Origin: Octopus sinensis
Lineage: Eukaryota
Length of the DNA stretch: 64,000 bases
Reading direction: 5' to 3'
Assembly (NCBI RefSeq): GCF_006345805.1
Contig: NW_021833102.1
Location: 1 to 64,000 of the forward strand
Every line of letters begins with the position of its first letter. Positions within the stretch are counted from its first letter, which is position 1. The notes beneath the pieces were generated by a model. The model did no database searches, was not told where the DNA came from, and saw nothing but the letters and a program-made list of their open reading frames with translations. This document shows, in pieces, positions 1 through 14,500 of the stretch. The position numbers and the translations under genes were made by a program.

Positions 1-471
1 AGATCAAGGATGGCTGACTTCCTGGAGACCCACAAACTCCTATATGCAAATCAGCATGGCTTTCGCTGTGGCAGGGACTGTCTAACACGGCTCTGACACC
101 ACATTGAAGATGTACTCAAAGCCTTGGGAACAGGTTCGAACTCTGATGTCATATATCTTCACTTCAGTAAAGCGTTCGACAGGGTAGACCATAATATCCT
201 ACTCTCAAAATTGGCAAATGTTGGAATCCGTGGAAAAGTTCTACACTGGATCAAGTATTTCCTGGCGAATACAACACAACATGTTGTAGTTGATGGAGTC
301 CACTCAAGCCAAGCAAAAGTCACCAGCGGTGTCCCTCAGGGGTCTGTCTTGGGTCCGCTACTCTTCATAATCTACATAAACGACCTTTCCAGTGTCGTAC
401 ATTACTGCAAAGTGAACATATTTGCTGATGACACCAAGCTCCAGCAAATCGTCAATGAAGAAGCAGACCGA
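1..471 (+). mobile_element. CR1-group (CR1/L2/Crack-like) LINE reverse transcriptase fragment, degenerate, cut by the left window edge
   Basis: ORF 124-558 contains the RT motifs DVIYLHFSKAFDRVDH, GVPQGSVLGPLLF and IFADDTKL. There is an in-frame TGA at 94-96. The DNA is nearly identical to 26597-26941, and the homology stops at ~471. Confidence 0.9.
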
Positions 472-1015
472 TCCAGGTATGTAGATACGGGGTGCTTAAC
501 ACTCGCAAATCTGGAGTCACTAAAGGTGCAATTGAACTTCTTTTCATTTAGAACTTAGGGATCTGCAAATGTCGGTATCTTAGAGATGCTTAAAGTGTTT
601 GTTCTAGCTGTAATTGTCGCATACAAACAGACGCTCACACACGTATACACAGAAATAAAAACATTCACACAAACACAAACACTGAAATGAAAACAGTTAC
701 ATACCTACACATGCACACACACAAATAGAAATGAAAATAGTCACACACAAACATACGCACCCACACAGAAATGAAAACGCAGTTACACATTCACACATAA
801 AACCCTAACTAGCATAAACATACAATTTATTCAGAATGTAGAGGGGCATTGGGTGCTTTGCACTCGCAGTTAGAATATCAGCTCCTTCCACGCCAGAATT
901 AGAATTTCTGTCATCCACTTGTGAAATTAATACATTGACGACACATGGGAAAAATATGAGCAACATCTGAAGCCACTAAAGGTGCAATAAATTGAACTTA
1001 TTTGTATTAGTAGTT
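471..1015. repeat. Dispersed composite repeat module A (CA-rich, contains an AACCCTAAC motif)
   Basis: Begins ATCCAGGTATGTAGATACGGG and contains AAGGTGCAATAAATTGAACTT. Clear copies at ~20072-20860, ~22650-23030 and ~28950-29590. Confidence 0.8.
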
Positions 1016-1039
1016 AGTGATATATGAATATCGACGTAG

Positions 1040-1200
1040 GAATGGCTGTTGTAAGTAGTTTGCTTACGAACCACATGGTTTCGGGTTCATTCCCACTGCC
1101 TGTCATCTTCTGCAATTGTTACTATTGTAGCCCAGGGCCTAGCTAATCCTTGTGATGGGATTTAGTGGAAGGAAATTGATAGAATCTCGTCGTATATACG
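1040..1200 (+). mobile_element. tRNA-derived SINE 5' part, degenerate
   Basis: GTAAGTAGTTTGCTTACGAACCACATGGTTTCGGGTTCATTCCCACTG matches the heads of the full-length SINEs at 25284 and 36086, including a B-box-like GGTTC motif. Further copies at ~31560 and ~33655. Confidence 0.7.
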
Positions 1201-1203
1201 TTT

Positions 1204-1228
1204 AAATGTGTGTGTGTGTGTGTGTGCA

Positions 1229-1277
<49 letters not shown>

Positions 1278-1502
1278 GTGCGTGCGTGTGTTTGTGTGTG
1301 TCTGTGTATGTTCGCACTCGAAGGGCACACGAGAATGCACGCACGTACTATCACACATACAGATGCAAGTTTTCTTAATAAAACGGAATGAACTCCCATT
1401 CCATCCCTTACAGTTTCTTTTTTGTTTTAGAATACTAATATACGTGTGTTGGTATATTCACGTATATCTGTATGTAATATTTATATATATATATATATAT
1501 AG

Positions 1503-1534
<32 letters not shown>

Positions 1535-1939
1535 TATATAAATATATATACGACGCTATGTACGACATATAAATACACAACACCTACATGTGTGTGTGTT
1601 GTGTGTGTGTGTGTGTGTGTGCGTGTGTGCGTGCGTGTGTTTGTGTGTGTCTGTGTATGTTCGCACTCGAAGGGCACAAGAGAATGCACGCACGTACTAT
1701 CACACATACAGATGCAAGTTTTCTTATAAAACGGAATGAACTCCCATTCCATCCCTTACAGTTTCTTTTGTTTTTTAAGTACTACATATACGGTGTGTTG
1801 GTATATTCACGTATATCTGTTATGTATATATTTATATATATTATATATAAGTCTATTATATATATATATATAATATATATAAATATATATATAATAAATA
1901 TATATACGACGCTATGTACGACATATAAATACACAAACA

Positions 1940-1965
<26 letters not shown>
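1204..1965. repeat. Tandem ~382-bp duplication carrying (GT)n and (TA)n microsatellites
   Basis: The block TGTATGTTCGCACTCGAAGGGCAC...CCATCCCTTACAG occurs twice. The ORF-track starts at 1206 and 1588 are offset by 382 bp. Confidence 0.85.
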
Positions 1966-1970
<5 letters not shown>

Positions 1971-1974
1971 ATTA

Positions 1975-2515
1975 TGAAGGTGCAATAAATTGACTTATTT
2001 TGATTTAGTATTTAGTGATCACAAATGGGGTATTACAAATGGTCAAGTGTTTGTTGTAGTTGTAAGTGACGTACACACAAACAAATAGAAAAACTCAGTC
2101 GCTCACCACACTCGCGCACACAAAATAAAAACACTCTCACACACAAACACGAAATGAAAATACCCACACTCACATAAAAAAAACAGTCCCACACACACAA
2201 GGAGCCCCAATAGGTCTATCAAAAAAGTTTCTAGTATTTTTCCTAGCCCATAATTTATGATAAGTGAAATTCTTACAATAAATAAATAACTACTAAATAA
2301 GTATATCGAACATACGTCCCCGTAACTTATCGGTTCTGCAAAAGAGACCTATACATTAAGTAATAGGCATACAAAGAATAATTTCTGGGCTTGATTTGCT
2401 TCACTAAAGGCGGTGCTCCACCATGGTCGCAGTGAAATAACGGAAAGAGTCTAAGAGCGACAAAGCGTATATTACGATAACTACATACTTAAGGGAGATA
2501 ACTACTTAAAGGAGG
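1975..2515. repeat. Dispersed composite repeat module B (CA-rich part, SINE 3' part, GGGAGATAACT motif)
   Basis: Near-identical copies at ~20815-21360, ~29548-29935, ~32040-32520 and ~34200-34745. Contains the SINE tail TAAAGGCGGTGCTCCACCATGGTC. Confidence 0.8.
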
Positions 2516-2520
2516 TAATT

Positions 2521-5500
2521 ACGTGGCCCTGAATTACATGCACCTGAATGTCCTGCCCCTTAATTACATGGCCCTGAATTACATGGCCCTGAATTACATG
2601 ACCCTGTATTACCTGCCCTTGAATTACCTGTACCTGAGTTACATGTCCCTGAATTACATGCACCTGAATTACCTGCCCGTCAATTACCTTCCCCTGAATT
2701 ACATATCCCTGAATTACATGTCCCTGAATGACATTCCTCTAAATTACCAACCGCTGCATTACCTGCCCCTGGATTACATTACCCCTGAATTACCCGCCCC
2801 TGAATTACATGCCCGAATTTCATGCCCTGAATTACATGGCCCTGAATTTCCTGCCCCTTAATTACATGCCCCTGTATTACCTGCCCTTGAATTACCTGCC
2901 CGAGTTACATGTCCCTGAGTTACATGTCCCTGAATTAGATGCACCTGAATTACCTGCCCCTCAATTACCTTTCCCTGAATTACATGCCCCTGAATTACAT
3001 GTCCCGGAATTATCTGCCAATGAATGACATTCCTCTAAATTACCTGCCCCTGAATTACATACCCCTGAATTACCTTCCCCTAAATTACATGCATCTGAAT
3101 TACCTGCCCCTGAATTACAAACACCTGAATTAGATGCCCCTGAATTACCTGCCCCTCAATTACATGCACATGAATGACCTGACCCTGAATGATATGCCCC
3201 TCAATTATCTATCCCTAAATTACCTGCCCGTGAATGTCATGCCCCTGGATTAACTGCCCCTGAATTACATGCCCCTGAATAACATACACCAGAATAAGAT
3301 ACACCTGAATTACCTGCCCCAAAATTACATACCCCTGAATTACCTGCCCCTAAATTACATGCATCTGAATTACATGGCCCTGAATTATCTGCCCCTCAAT
3401 TACATGCCTCTTAATTACATGCACCTGTATGAACTGACCCTGAATTATCTATCCCTAAATTACCTGCCCATGAATTACCTGCCCGTGAATGACATGCCCC
3501 TGAATTACCTGCACCTAGATTACCTGCCCCAGAATTACATGCCCCTGGATTACCTAACCCTGAATTACCTGCCCATGAATGACATTCCTCTTAATTACCC
3601 ACCCATGAATTACATGCCCCTGAATTAAATGCCCCTGAATTACATGCCCCTGAATTACCTACCCCTGAATTAACTACCCCTCAATTACATGCCCCTGGAT
3701 TACCTAACCCAGAATTACATGCACCTGGATTACCTAACCCAGAATTACATGCACCTGAATTACATGCCCCTTAATTACATGCCCCTGAATTACCTGCACC
3801 TGAATGACATGCCCCTGAATTACGTGCCCCTGAATTACCTCCCCCTGAATTACCATCCCCTGAATTTCATGCCCATGAATTACCTGCCCCTGAATTACCT
3901 GCCCCTGAATGACCTGCCCCTTAATTACATACCCCTGGATTACCTGTCCCTGAATAACCTATACCTGAATAACCTGACAATAATCTACCCCTGAAGTTCC
4001 TGCCCCTAGATTACCTTCCCCTGAATTACATGCCCCTGAATTACCTGCCCATGAATTACATGCACCTGAATTACATGCCCCTGAATTACATACACCTGAA
4101 TTACCTGCCCCTGAGTCACATGTCCCTGAATAACCTGCATCTGAATTACCTGCTCCTGAATTACATACACCTGAATTACATGCCTTTGAATTACCTGCCC
4201 CTAAATTATGGGCCCCTGAATGACATGCCCCTCAATCACCAGCCCATGAATGACATTCCTATAAATTACCTGTCCCTGAATTACCCCTGAATTACCTTCC
4301 CCTGAATTACACTCCTCTGAATTACCTGCCCGTGAATTACCTGCCCCTGAATTACCTGCCCCTCAATCACCTGCCCATGAATGACATCCCTATAAATTAC
4401 CTTTCCCTGAATTACCCCTGAATTACCTGCCCCTGGATTACCTTCCCCTGAATTACACTCTAAATTACCTGCCCCTGAATTACCTGCCAATGAATGACAT
4501 TCCTCTAAATCACCTGCACCTGAACTACCTGCCCCTGGATTACCTTCGCCTCAATTACCCGCCCATGAATTACATGCCCCTAAATTACCTGCCCATGAAT
4601 TACATGCCCCTGAACTACCTGCCCCTTAATTACATGTCCTTGAATTATTTGCCAATATTCCTCTAAATTACCTGCCCCTAAATTACTTGCCCCTAAATTA
4701 CATGCCCCTGAATAACCTGCCCATGAATTACATGCCCCTGAATTACCTGTCCCTGAATTACATACACCTGAATTACCTGACCCTGAATTACATGCCCCTG
4801 AATTATCTACCCCTGAGTCCCTGAATAACCTGCACCTGAATTACCTGCCCCTGAATTACATACACCTGAATTACATGCCCGTGAATTACCTGCCCGTGAA
4901 TTTCCTGCCCCAAAATTACATGCGCCTGAATTACGTGCCCCTGAATGACATGCCCCTCAATTACCTGCCCATGAATTACATACACCTGAATTACATGCCC
5001 GTGAATTACCTGCCCGTGAATTACCTGCCCGTGAATTACCTGCCCGTGAATTACCTGCCCCTATATTACATGCCACTCAATTACCTAGCCATGAATTACC
5101 TGCCCCTGAATAACATACACCTGAATTAACTTCCCCTCAATTACCTGCCCTTGAATTATATACCCCTGAAGTACCTGCCCCTAAATTACATGCATCTGAA
5201 TTACCTGCCCCTGAATTACAAACACCTGAAATACATGGCCCTGAATTACCTGCCTCTTATTTACATGCACCTGAATGACCTGCCTCTGAATTATCTATCC
5301 CTAAATTACCGGCCCCTGAATTACCTACCCGTGAATGACATGCCTCTGAATTACCTGCACCTACATTACCTGCCCCTGAATTACATGCCCCTGAATCACC
5401 TTTCATCTGAATTACATGCCCCTGAATCACCTTTCATCTGAATTACATGCCCCTCGATACCTGCCCCTAAATTACCTGCCCATGAATGACATTCCTCTAA

Positions 5501-8500
5501 ATTACCTATCCCTGAATTACCCCTGAATTACCTGCCCCTGGATTACCTTCCCCTGAAATATATTGCTCTGAATTACCCACCCACGAATTACATGCCCCTG
5601 AATTACCTACCCCTGAATTACATACACCTGAATTACATGCCCCTCAATTACATGCCCCTGAATTACATGCACCTGAATTACCTGCACCTGAATTACATGC
5701 CCCTGAAATACATTGCTCTGAATTACCCACCAACGAATTACATGCCCTTGAATTACATGCCCCTGAATTACCTTCACCTGAATTACCTTCACCTGAATTA
5801 CATACATCTGAATTACATGCACCTCAATTCCATGCCCCTGAATTACATGCCCCTTAATTACATGCCCCTGAATTACCTGCACCTGAATTACATAAACCTG
5901 AATTACCTGCCCCTCAATTACCTGCGTCTGAATTACCTTGCTCTGAATGACATGCCCCTTAATTACTTAACCCTGAATTACATGACCCTGAATTACCTGC
6001 CCCTCAATTACATGTCTCTTAATTACATGCACCTGAATGACCTGCCCCTGAATGACATGTCTCTGAATTGTCTATCCCTAAATTATCTGCCCCTGAATGA
6101 CATACCCCTGAAATACCTGCACCTAGATTACCTGCCCCTGAATTACATTTCATCTGAATTACATGCCCCTGAATTACCTGCCCATGAATGACATTCCTAT
6201 AAATTACCTGTCCCTAAATTACCCCTGAATTACATTCCTTTGAATTACCTGCCCCTGAATTACCTGCCAATGAATGACATTCCTCTAAATCACCTGCTCC
6301 TGAATTACCTGCCCCTGGATTACCTTCCCGTCAATTACCCGCCCATGAATTACATGCCCGAATTACATGCCCCTGAATTGCCTGCCCCTGAATGAAGTGC
6401 ACCTGAATTAAATGCCCCTGAATTATCAGCTCCTGAATTACATGCCCCTGAATATCTGCCCCTGAGTCCCTGAATTACATGCCCGTGAATTACCTGCCCC
6501 TAAATTACATGCCCCTCAATTACCTACCCATGAATTACATACACCTGAATTACATGCCCGTGAATTACCTGCCCGTGAATTACCTGCCCCTAAAATACAT
6601 GCCCCTGAATGACATGCCCCTCAATTACCTGCCCATGAATTACATGCCCCTGAACTACCTGCCCCTTAATTACATGTCCCTGAATTATCTGCCAATGAAT
6701 GACATACCTCTAAATTACCTGCCCCTGAATTACATACCCCTGAATTACCTGCCTTTAAATTACATGCATCTGAATTACCTGCCCCTGAATTACAAACACC
6801 TGAATTGCCTGCCCCTCAATTACATGCCTCTTAATTACATGCACATGAATGATCTGACCCTGAATGATATGCCCCTGAATTATCTATCCCTAAATTACCT
6901 GCCAGTGAATGACATACCCCTGGATTAACTGCCCCTGAATAACCTGCCCCTGAATAACATACACCTGAATTACCTTCCCCAGAATTACATGCCCCTGATT
7001 TACCTGCCCCTGAATTACATGGCCTTCAATTACCTGCCTCTCAATTACATGCACCTAAATGACCTGCCCCTGAATTACATGCTCCTGAATTACATGCCCC
7101 TGGATTACCTAACCCAGAATTACAAGCCCCTGAATTACCTGCCCATGAATGACATTCCTCTAAATTACCTGTCCCTGAATTACCCCTGAATTACATGCAC
7201 CTGAATTACCTGCCCCTAAATTACATGACTCTTAATTACATGCACATGAATGATCTGACTCTGAATGATGTGCCCCTGAATTACCTATCCATAAATTACC
7301 CACCCGTGAATGACATGCCCCTGAATTACATACACCTGAATTACCTGCCCCTGGATTACCTAGCCCTGAATTACCTTCGCTGAATGACATGCCCCTGAAT
7401 GACATGCCCCTGAATTGCATACCCCTGAATCACCTGCCCATGAATTACATGCACCTGAATTACATGCCCCTAAATTACATGCAACTGATTTACATGCCCC
7501 TGAATTACATGCACCTGAATTACACTCCCCTGAATTATCTACCCCTGAGTCCCTGAAAAACCTGCACCTGAATTACCTGCCCCTCAATTACCTACCCATG
7601 AATTACCTGCCCATGAATTAAATGCCCCTGAAGTACCTGCCCCTAAATTACATGACCCTGAATGACCTGCCCCTGAATGACATGCCTCTGAATTATCTAT
7701 CCCTAAATTACCAGCCCCTGAATTACCTGCCCGTGAATGACATGCCCCTGAATTACCTTTCATCTGAATTACATGCCCCTAAATTACCTGCAGATGAATG
7801 ACATTCCTCTAAGGTACCTGTCCCTGAATTACCCCTGAATTACCTGCCCCTGGATTACCTTCCCCTGAATTACATTCCTCTGAATTACCCACCTACGAAT
7901 TACATGCCCCTGAATTACCTACCCCTGAATTACATACACCTGAATTACAGACACCTGAATTACATGCCCCTCAATTACCTGCACCTCAATTACATGCCGC
8001 TGAATTACCTAACCCTGAATTACCTTCCCTGAATGACATGCCCCTGAATTACATACCCCTGAATTACCTGCCCATGAATTACATGCACCTGAATTAAATG
8101 CCCCTGAATTACATGCCCCTGAATTACCTGCCCCAGAATTACATGCCCTTCAAGTATCTACCCCTGAGTCCCTGAATAACCTGCACCTGAATTACCTGCC
8201 CCTGAATTACATACACCTGATTTACATGCCCGTGAATTACCTGCCCCTAAATTACATGCCCGTGAATTACCTGCCCCTGAATGACATGCCCCTCAATTAC
8301 CTGCCCGTGAACTACCTGGCCCTAAATTACATGCCCCTCAATTACCTGCCCATAAAATACCTTCCCCTGAAGTACCTGCCCCTAAATTACATGCATTTGA
8401 ATTACGTGCCCCTGAATTACAAGCACCTGAATTACCTGCCTCTTAATTACATGCACCTGAATGACCTGCCCCTGAATTTCATGCCTCTGAATTATCTATC

Positions 8501-11500
8501 CCTAAATTACCAGCCCCTGAATTACCTGCCCTTGAATGACATGCCCCTGAATTACATGCACCTCGATACCTGCCCCTGAATACATGCCCCTGGATTACCT
8601 GCCCATGAATGATATTCCTCTAAATACCTGTCCCTGAATTACGCCTGAATTACCTGCGCCTGGATTAACTTCCCCGAATTACATTCCTCTGAATTACCCC
8701 CCCACGAATTCATGCCCTGAATTACATACACCTGGATTACGAGCCCCTCAATTACCTGCACCTCAATTACATGCCCCTGAATTACAAGACCCTGAATTAC
8801 CTGTCATGAATGACATTCCTATAAATTACCTCCCCCTGGATTACCTTCCCCTAAATTACATTGCTCTGTATTCCTGACCCTGAATTACCTCCAATGAATG
8901 ACATTACTCTAAATCACTGCACCTGGATTACCTTCCCCTCAATTACCACCCGCACATGAATTACATGCCCGATTTACCTGCCCCTGAATGACATGCCCGA
9001 ATTACATACCCCTGAATTACCTTCCCATAAATTACATACACCTGAATTACATGCCCGTGAATTACCTGCCCCTAATTACATGCCCCTTAATTAGTTACCC
9101 CTGGATTAACCTGCCCCTGAATAACCTATACCTGAATAACCTGCCCCTGAATAACATACACCTGAATTACATACACCTGAATTACATGCCCCTCAATTAC
9201 ATGCCCCTGAATTACATGCAACTGATTTACATGCCCCTGAATTCTACCCCTGAGTCCCTGAATAACCTGCACCTGAATTACATACACCTGAATTACCTGC
9301 CCCTAAATTACCTGCCCATGAATGACATGCCCCTCAATTACCTCCCCATGAATTAAATGGCCATGAATTACCTGCCCCTGAACTACCTGCCCCTAAATTA
9401 CATGACCCTGAATGACCTGCCCCTGAATGACATGCCTCTGAATTATCTATCCCTAAATTACCAGTCCCTGAATTACCTGCCCGTGAATGACATTGCCCTG
9501 AATTACTTTTCATCTGAATTACATGCCCCTGGATTACCTGCCCCTAAATTACCTGCAGATGATGACATTCCTCTGAGTTACCTGTCCTGAATTACCCCTG
9601 AATACATGCCCCTGGATTACCCTCCCCTGAATTACATGCCCCTGAATTACATTCCTCTGAATACCCACCCACGAATTACATGCCCCTGAATTACATACCC
9701 CTGAATTACTGCCCATTAATTACATGCACCTGAATTACATGCCCTTGAATTACCTGCCCCAGAATTACATGCCCCTCAAGTATCTACCCCTGAGTCCCTG
9801 AATTACCTGCCCCTGAATTACATACACCTGAATTACATGCCCGTGAATTACATGCCCCTGAATTACCTGCCCCTGAATGACATGCCCCTCAATTACCTGC
9901 CCGTGAACTACCTGGCCCTAAATTACATGCCCCTCAATTACCTGCCCATGAATTAAATGCCCCTAAATTACCTTCCCCTGAAGTACCTGCCCCTAAATTA
10001 CATGCATCTGAATTACGTGCCCCTGAATTACATGGCCCTGAATTACCTGTCTCTTAATTACATGCACCTGAATGACCTGCCCCTGAATGACATGCCTCTG
10101 AATTATCTATCCCTAAATCACCAGCCCCTGAATTACCTGCCCGTGAATTACATGCCCCTGAAATACATGCACCTCGATGACCTGCCCCTGAATTATATGC
10201 CCCTGGATTACCTGCCCATGAATGACATTCCTCTAAATTACCTGTCCCTGGATTACCTTCCCCCGAATTACATTCCTCTGAATTACCCACCCACGAATTA
10301 CATGCCCCTGAATTACATACACCTGGATTACAAGCCCCTCAATTACCTGCACCTCAATTATATGCCCCTGAATTACAAGACCCTGAATTACCTGCCCATG
10401 AATGACATTCCTATAAATTACCTCCCCCTGAATTACATTGCTCTGTATTACCAGCCCCTGAATTACCTGCCAATGAATGACATTACTCTAAATCACCTGC
10501 ACCTGGATTACCTTCCCCTCAATTACCCGCACATGAATTACATGCCCGAATTACCTGCCCCTGAATGACATTCCCCTGAATTAGCTGCCCATAAATTACA
10601 TACACCTGAATTACATGCCCGTGAATTACCTGCCCCTAAATTACATGCCCCTGAATGACATGCCCCTCAATTACCTGCCCATGAATTACATGCCCCTGAA
10701 CTACCTGCCCCTTAATTACATGCCCCTGTTACCTGCCCCTGAATTACCTTCGCTGAATGACATGCCCCTGAATGACATGCCCCTGAATTGCATACCCCTG
10801 AATCACCTCCCATGAATTACATGCACCTGAATTACATGCCCCTAAATTACATGCAACTGATTTACATGCCCGAATTACATGCACCTGAATTACACTCCCC
10901 TGAATTATCTACCCCTGAGTCCCTGAAAAACCTGCACCTGATTACCTGCCCCTCATTACCTACCCATGAATTACCTGCCCATGAATTAAATGCCCCTGAA
11001 GTACCTGCCCCTAAATTACATGACCCTGAATGACCTGCCCCTGAATGACATGCCTCTGAATTATCTATCCCTAATTACCAGCCCCTGAATTACCTGCCCG
11101 TTGAATGACATGCCCCTGAATTACCTTTCATCTGAATTACATGCCCCTAAATACCTGCAGATGAATGACATTCCTCTAAGGTACCTGTCCCTGAATTACC
11201 CCTGAATTACCTGCCCCTGGATTACCTTCCCCTGAATTACATGCCCCTGAATTACCCACCTACGAATTACATGCCCCTGAATTACATGCCCCTGAATTAC
11301 CTACCCCTGAATTACATACACCTGAATTACAGACACCTGAATTACATGCCCCTCAATTACCTGCACCTCAATTACATGCCGCTGAATTACCTAACCCTGA
11401 ATTACCTTCCCCTGAATGACATGCCCCTGAATTACATACCCCAACCTCCTGAATTACCTGCCCATGATTACATGCACCTGAATTAAATGCCCCTGAATTA

Positions 11501-14500
11501 CATGCCCCTGAATTACCTGCCCCAGAATTACATGCCCTTCAAGTATCTACCCCTGAGTCCCTGAATAACCTGCACCTGAATTACCTGCCCCTGAATTACA
11601 TACACCTGATTTACATGCCCGTGAATTACCTGCCCCTAAATTACATGCCCGTGAATTACCTGCCCCTGAATGACATGCCCCTCAATTAACTGCCCGTGAA
11701 CTACCTGGCCCTAAATACATGCCCCTCAATTACCTCCTGCCCATAAAAACCTTCCCCTGAAGTACCTGCCCCTAAATTACATGCATTTGAATTACGTGCC
11801 CCTGAATTACAAGCACCTGAATTACCTGCCTCTTAATTACATGCCCCTGAATGCACCTGAATCCTGCCCTGAATTCATGCCTCTGAATTATCTATCCCTA
11901 AATTACCAGCCCCTGAATTACCTGCCCGTGAATGACATGCCCCTGAATTACATGCACCTCGATTACCTGCCCCTGAATTACATGCCCCTGGATTACCTGC
12001 CCATGAATGATATTCCTCTAAATTACCTGTCCCTGAATTACGCCTGAATTACCTGCGCCTGGATTACCTTCCCCCGAATTACATTCCTCTGAATTACCCA
12101 CCCACGAATTACATGCCCCTGAATTACATACACCTGGATTACGAGCCCCTCAATTACCTGCACCTCAATTACATGCCCCTGAATTACAAGACCCTGAATT
12201 ACCTGTCCATGAATGACATTCCTATAAATTACCTCCCCCTGGATTACCTTCCCCTAAATTACATTGCTCTGTATTACCTGACCCTGAATTACCTGCCAAT
12301 GAATGACATTACTCTAAATCACCTGCACCTGGATTACCTTCCCCTCAATTACCCGCACATGAATTACATGCCCGATTTACCTGCCCCTGAATGACATGCC
12401 CCTGAATTACATACCCCTGAATTACCTTCCCATAAATTACATACACCTGAATTACATGCCCGTGAATTACCTGCCCCTAAATTACATGCCCCTTAATTAG
12501 TTACCCCTGGATTACCTGCCCCTGAATAACCTATACCTGAATAACCTGCCCCTGAATAACATACACCTGAATTACATACACCTGAATTACATGCCCCTCA
12601 ATTACATGCCCCTGAATTACATGCAACTGATTTACATGCCCCTGAATTATCTACCCCTGAGTCCCTGAATAACCTGCACCTGAATTACATACACCTGAAT
12701 TACCTGCCCCTAAATTACCTGCCCATGAATGACATGCCCCTCAATTACCTCCCCATGAATTAAATGGCCATGAATTACCTGCCCCTGAACTACCTGCCCC
12801 TAAATTACATGACCCTGAATGACCTGCCCCTGAATGACATGCCTCTGAATTATCTATCCCTAAATTACCAGTCCCTGAATTACCTGCCCGTGAATGACAT
12901 GCCCTGAATTACTTTTCATCTGAATTACATGCCCCTGGATTACCTGCCCCTAAATTACCTGCAGATGAATGACATTCCTCTGAGTTACCTGTCCCTGAAT
13001 TACCCCTGAATTACCTGCCCCTGGATTACCTTCCCCTGAATTACATGCCCCTGAATTACATTCCTCTGAATTACCCACCCACGAATTACATGCCCCTGAA
13101 TTACATACCCCTGAATTACCTGCCCATTAATTACATGCACCTGAATTACATGCCCCTGAATTACCTGCCCCAGAATTACATGCCCCTGAAGTATCTACCC
13201 CTGAGTCCCTGAATAACCTGCACCTGAATTACCTGCCCCTGAATTACATACACTTGAATTACATGCCCGTGAATTACATGCCACTGAATTACCTGCCCCT
13301 GAATGACATGCCCCTCAATTACCTGCCCGTGAACTACCTGGCCCTAAATTACATGCCCCTCAATTACCTGCCCATGAATTAAATGCCCCTAAATTACCTT
13401 CACCTGAAGTACCTGCCCCTAAATTACATGCATCTGAATTACGTGCCCCTGAATTACAAGCACCTAAATTACATGGCCCTGAATTACCTGTCTCTTAATT
13501 ACATGCACCTGAATGACCTGCCCCTGAATGACATGCCTCTGAATTATCTATCCCTAAATCACCAGCCCCTGAATTACCTGCCCGTGAATTACATGCCCCT
13601 GAAATACATGCACCTCGATTACCTGCCCCTGAATTACCTGCCCATGAATGACATTCCTCTAAATTACCTGTCCCTGAATTACGCCTGAATTACCTGCCCC
13701 TGGATTACCTTCCCCCGAATTACATTCCTCTGAATTACCCACCCACGAATTACATGCCCCTGAATTACATACACCTGGATTACAAGCCCCTTAATTACAT
13801 GCCCCTGAATTACAAGACCCTGAATTACCTGCCCATGAATGACATTCCTATAAATTACCTCCCCCTGGATTACCTTCCCCTGAATTACATGCTCTGTATT
13901 ACCAGCCCCTGAATTACCTGCCAATGAATGACATTACTCTAAATCACCTGCACCTGGATTACCTTCCCCTCAATTACCCGCACATGAATTACATGCCCGA
14001 ATTACCTGACCCTGAATGACATTCCCCTGAATTATATACCCCTGAATTAGCTGCCCATAAATTACATACACCTGAATTACATGCCCGTGAATTACCTGCC
14101 CCTAAATTACATGCCCCTGAATGACATGCCCCTCAATTACCTGCCCATGAATTACATGCCCCTGAATTACCTTCCCCTGAATTACATGCCCCTGGATTAC
14201 CTGCCCCTGAATTACCTTCCCCTGAATAACATACATCTGAATTACCTTCCCCTGAATTACCTGCCTCTGAATTACCTGCCCTGAATTACATACCCCTGAA
14301 TTACCTGCCCCTGAATTACATACCCCTGAAGTACCTGCCCGTGAATTACCTGCCCCTAAATAACATGCATCTGAATTACCCGCCCCTGAATTGCAAACAC
14401 CTGAATTACATGGCCCTGAATTACCTGCCTCTTAATTACATGCACCTGAATGACCTGCCCCTGAATGACATGCCTCTGAATTATCTATCCCTAAATTACC

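Noticed and set aside
1143-1985. His/Thr, Cys/Val and Tyr/Ile-rich ORFs, also at 30-36, 52.3 and 57 kb
   Set aside because: They are translations of (CA)n, (GT)n and (TA)n microsatellites.
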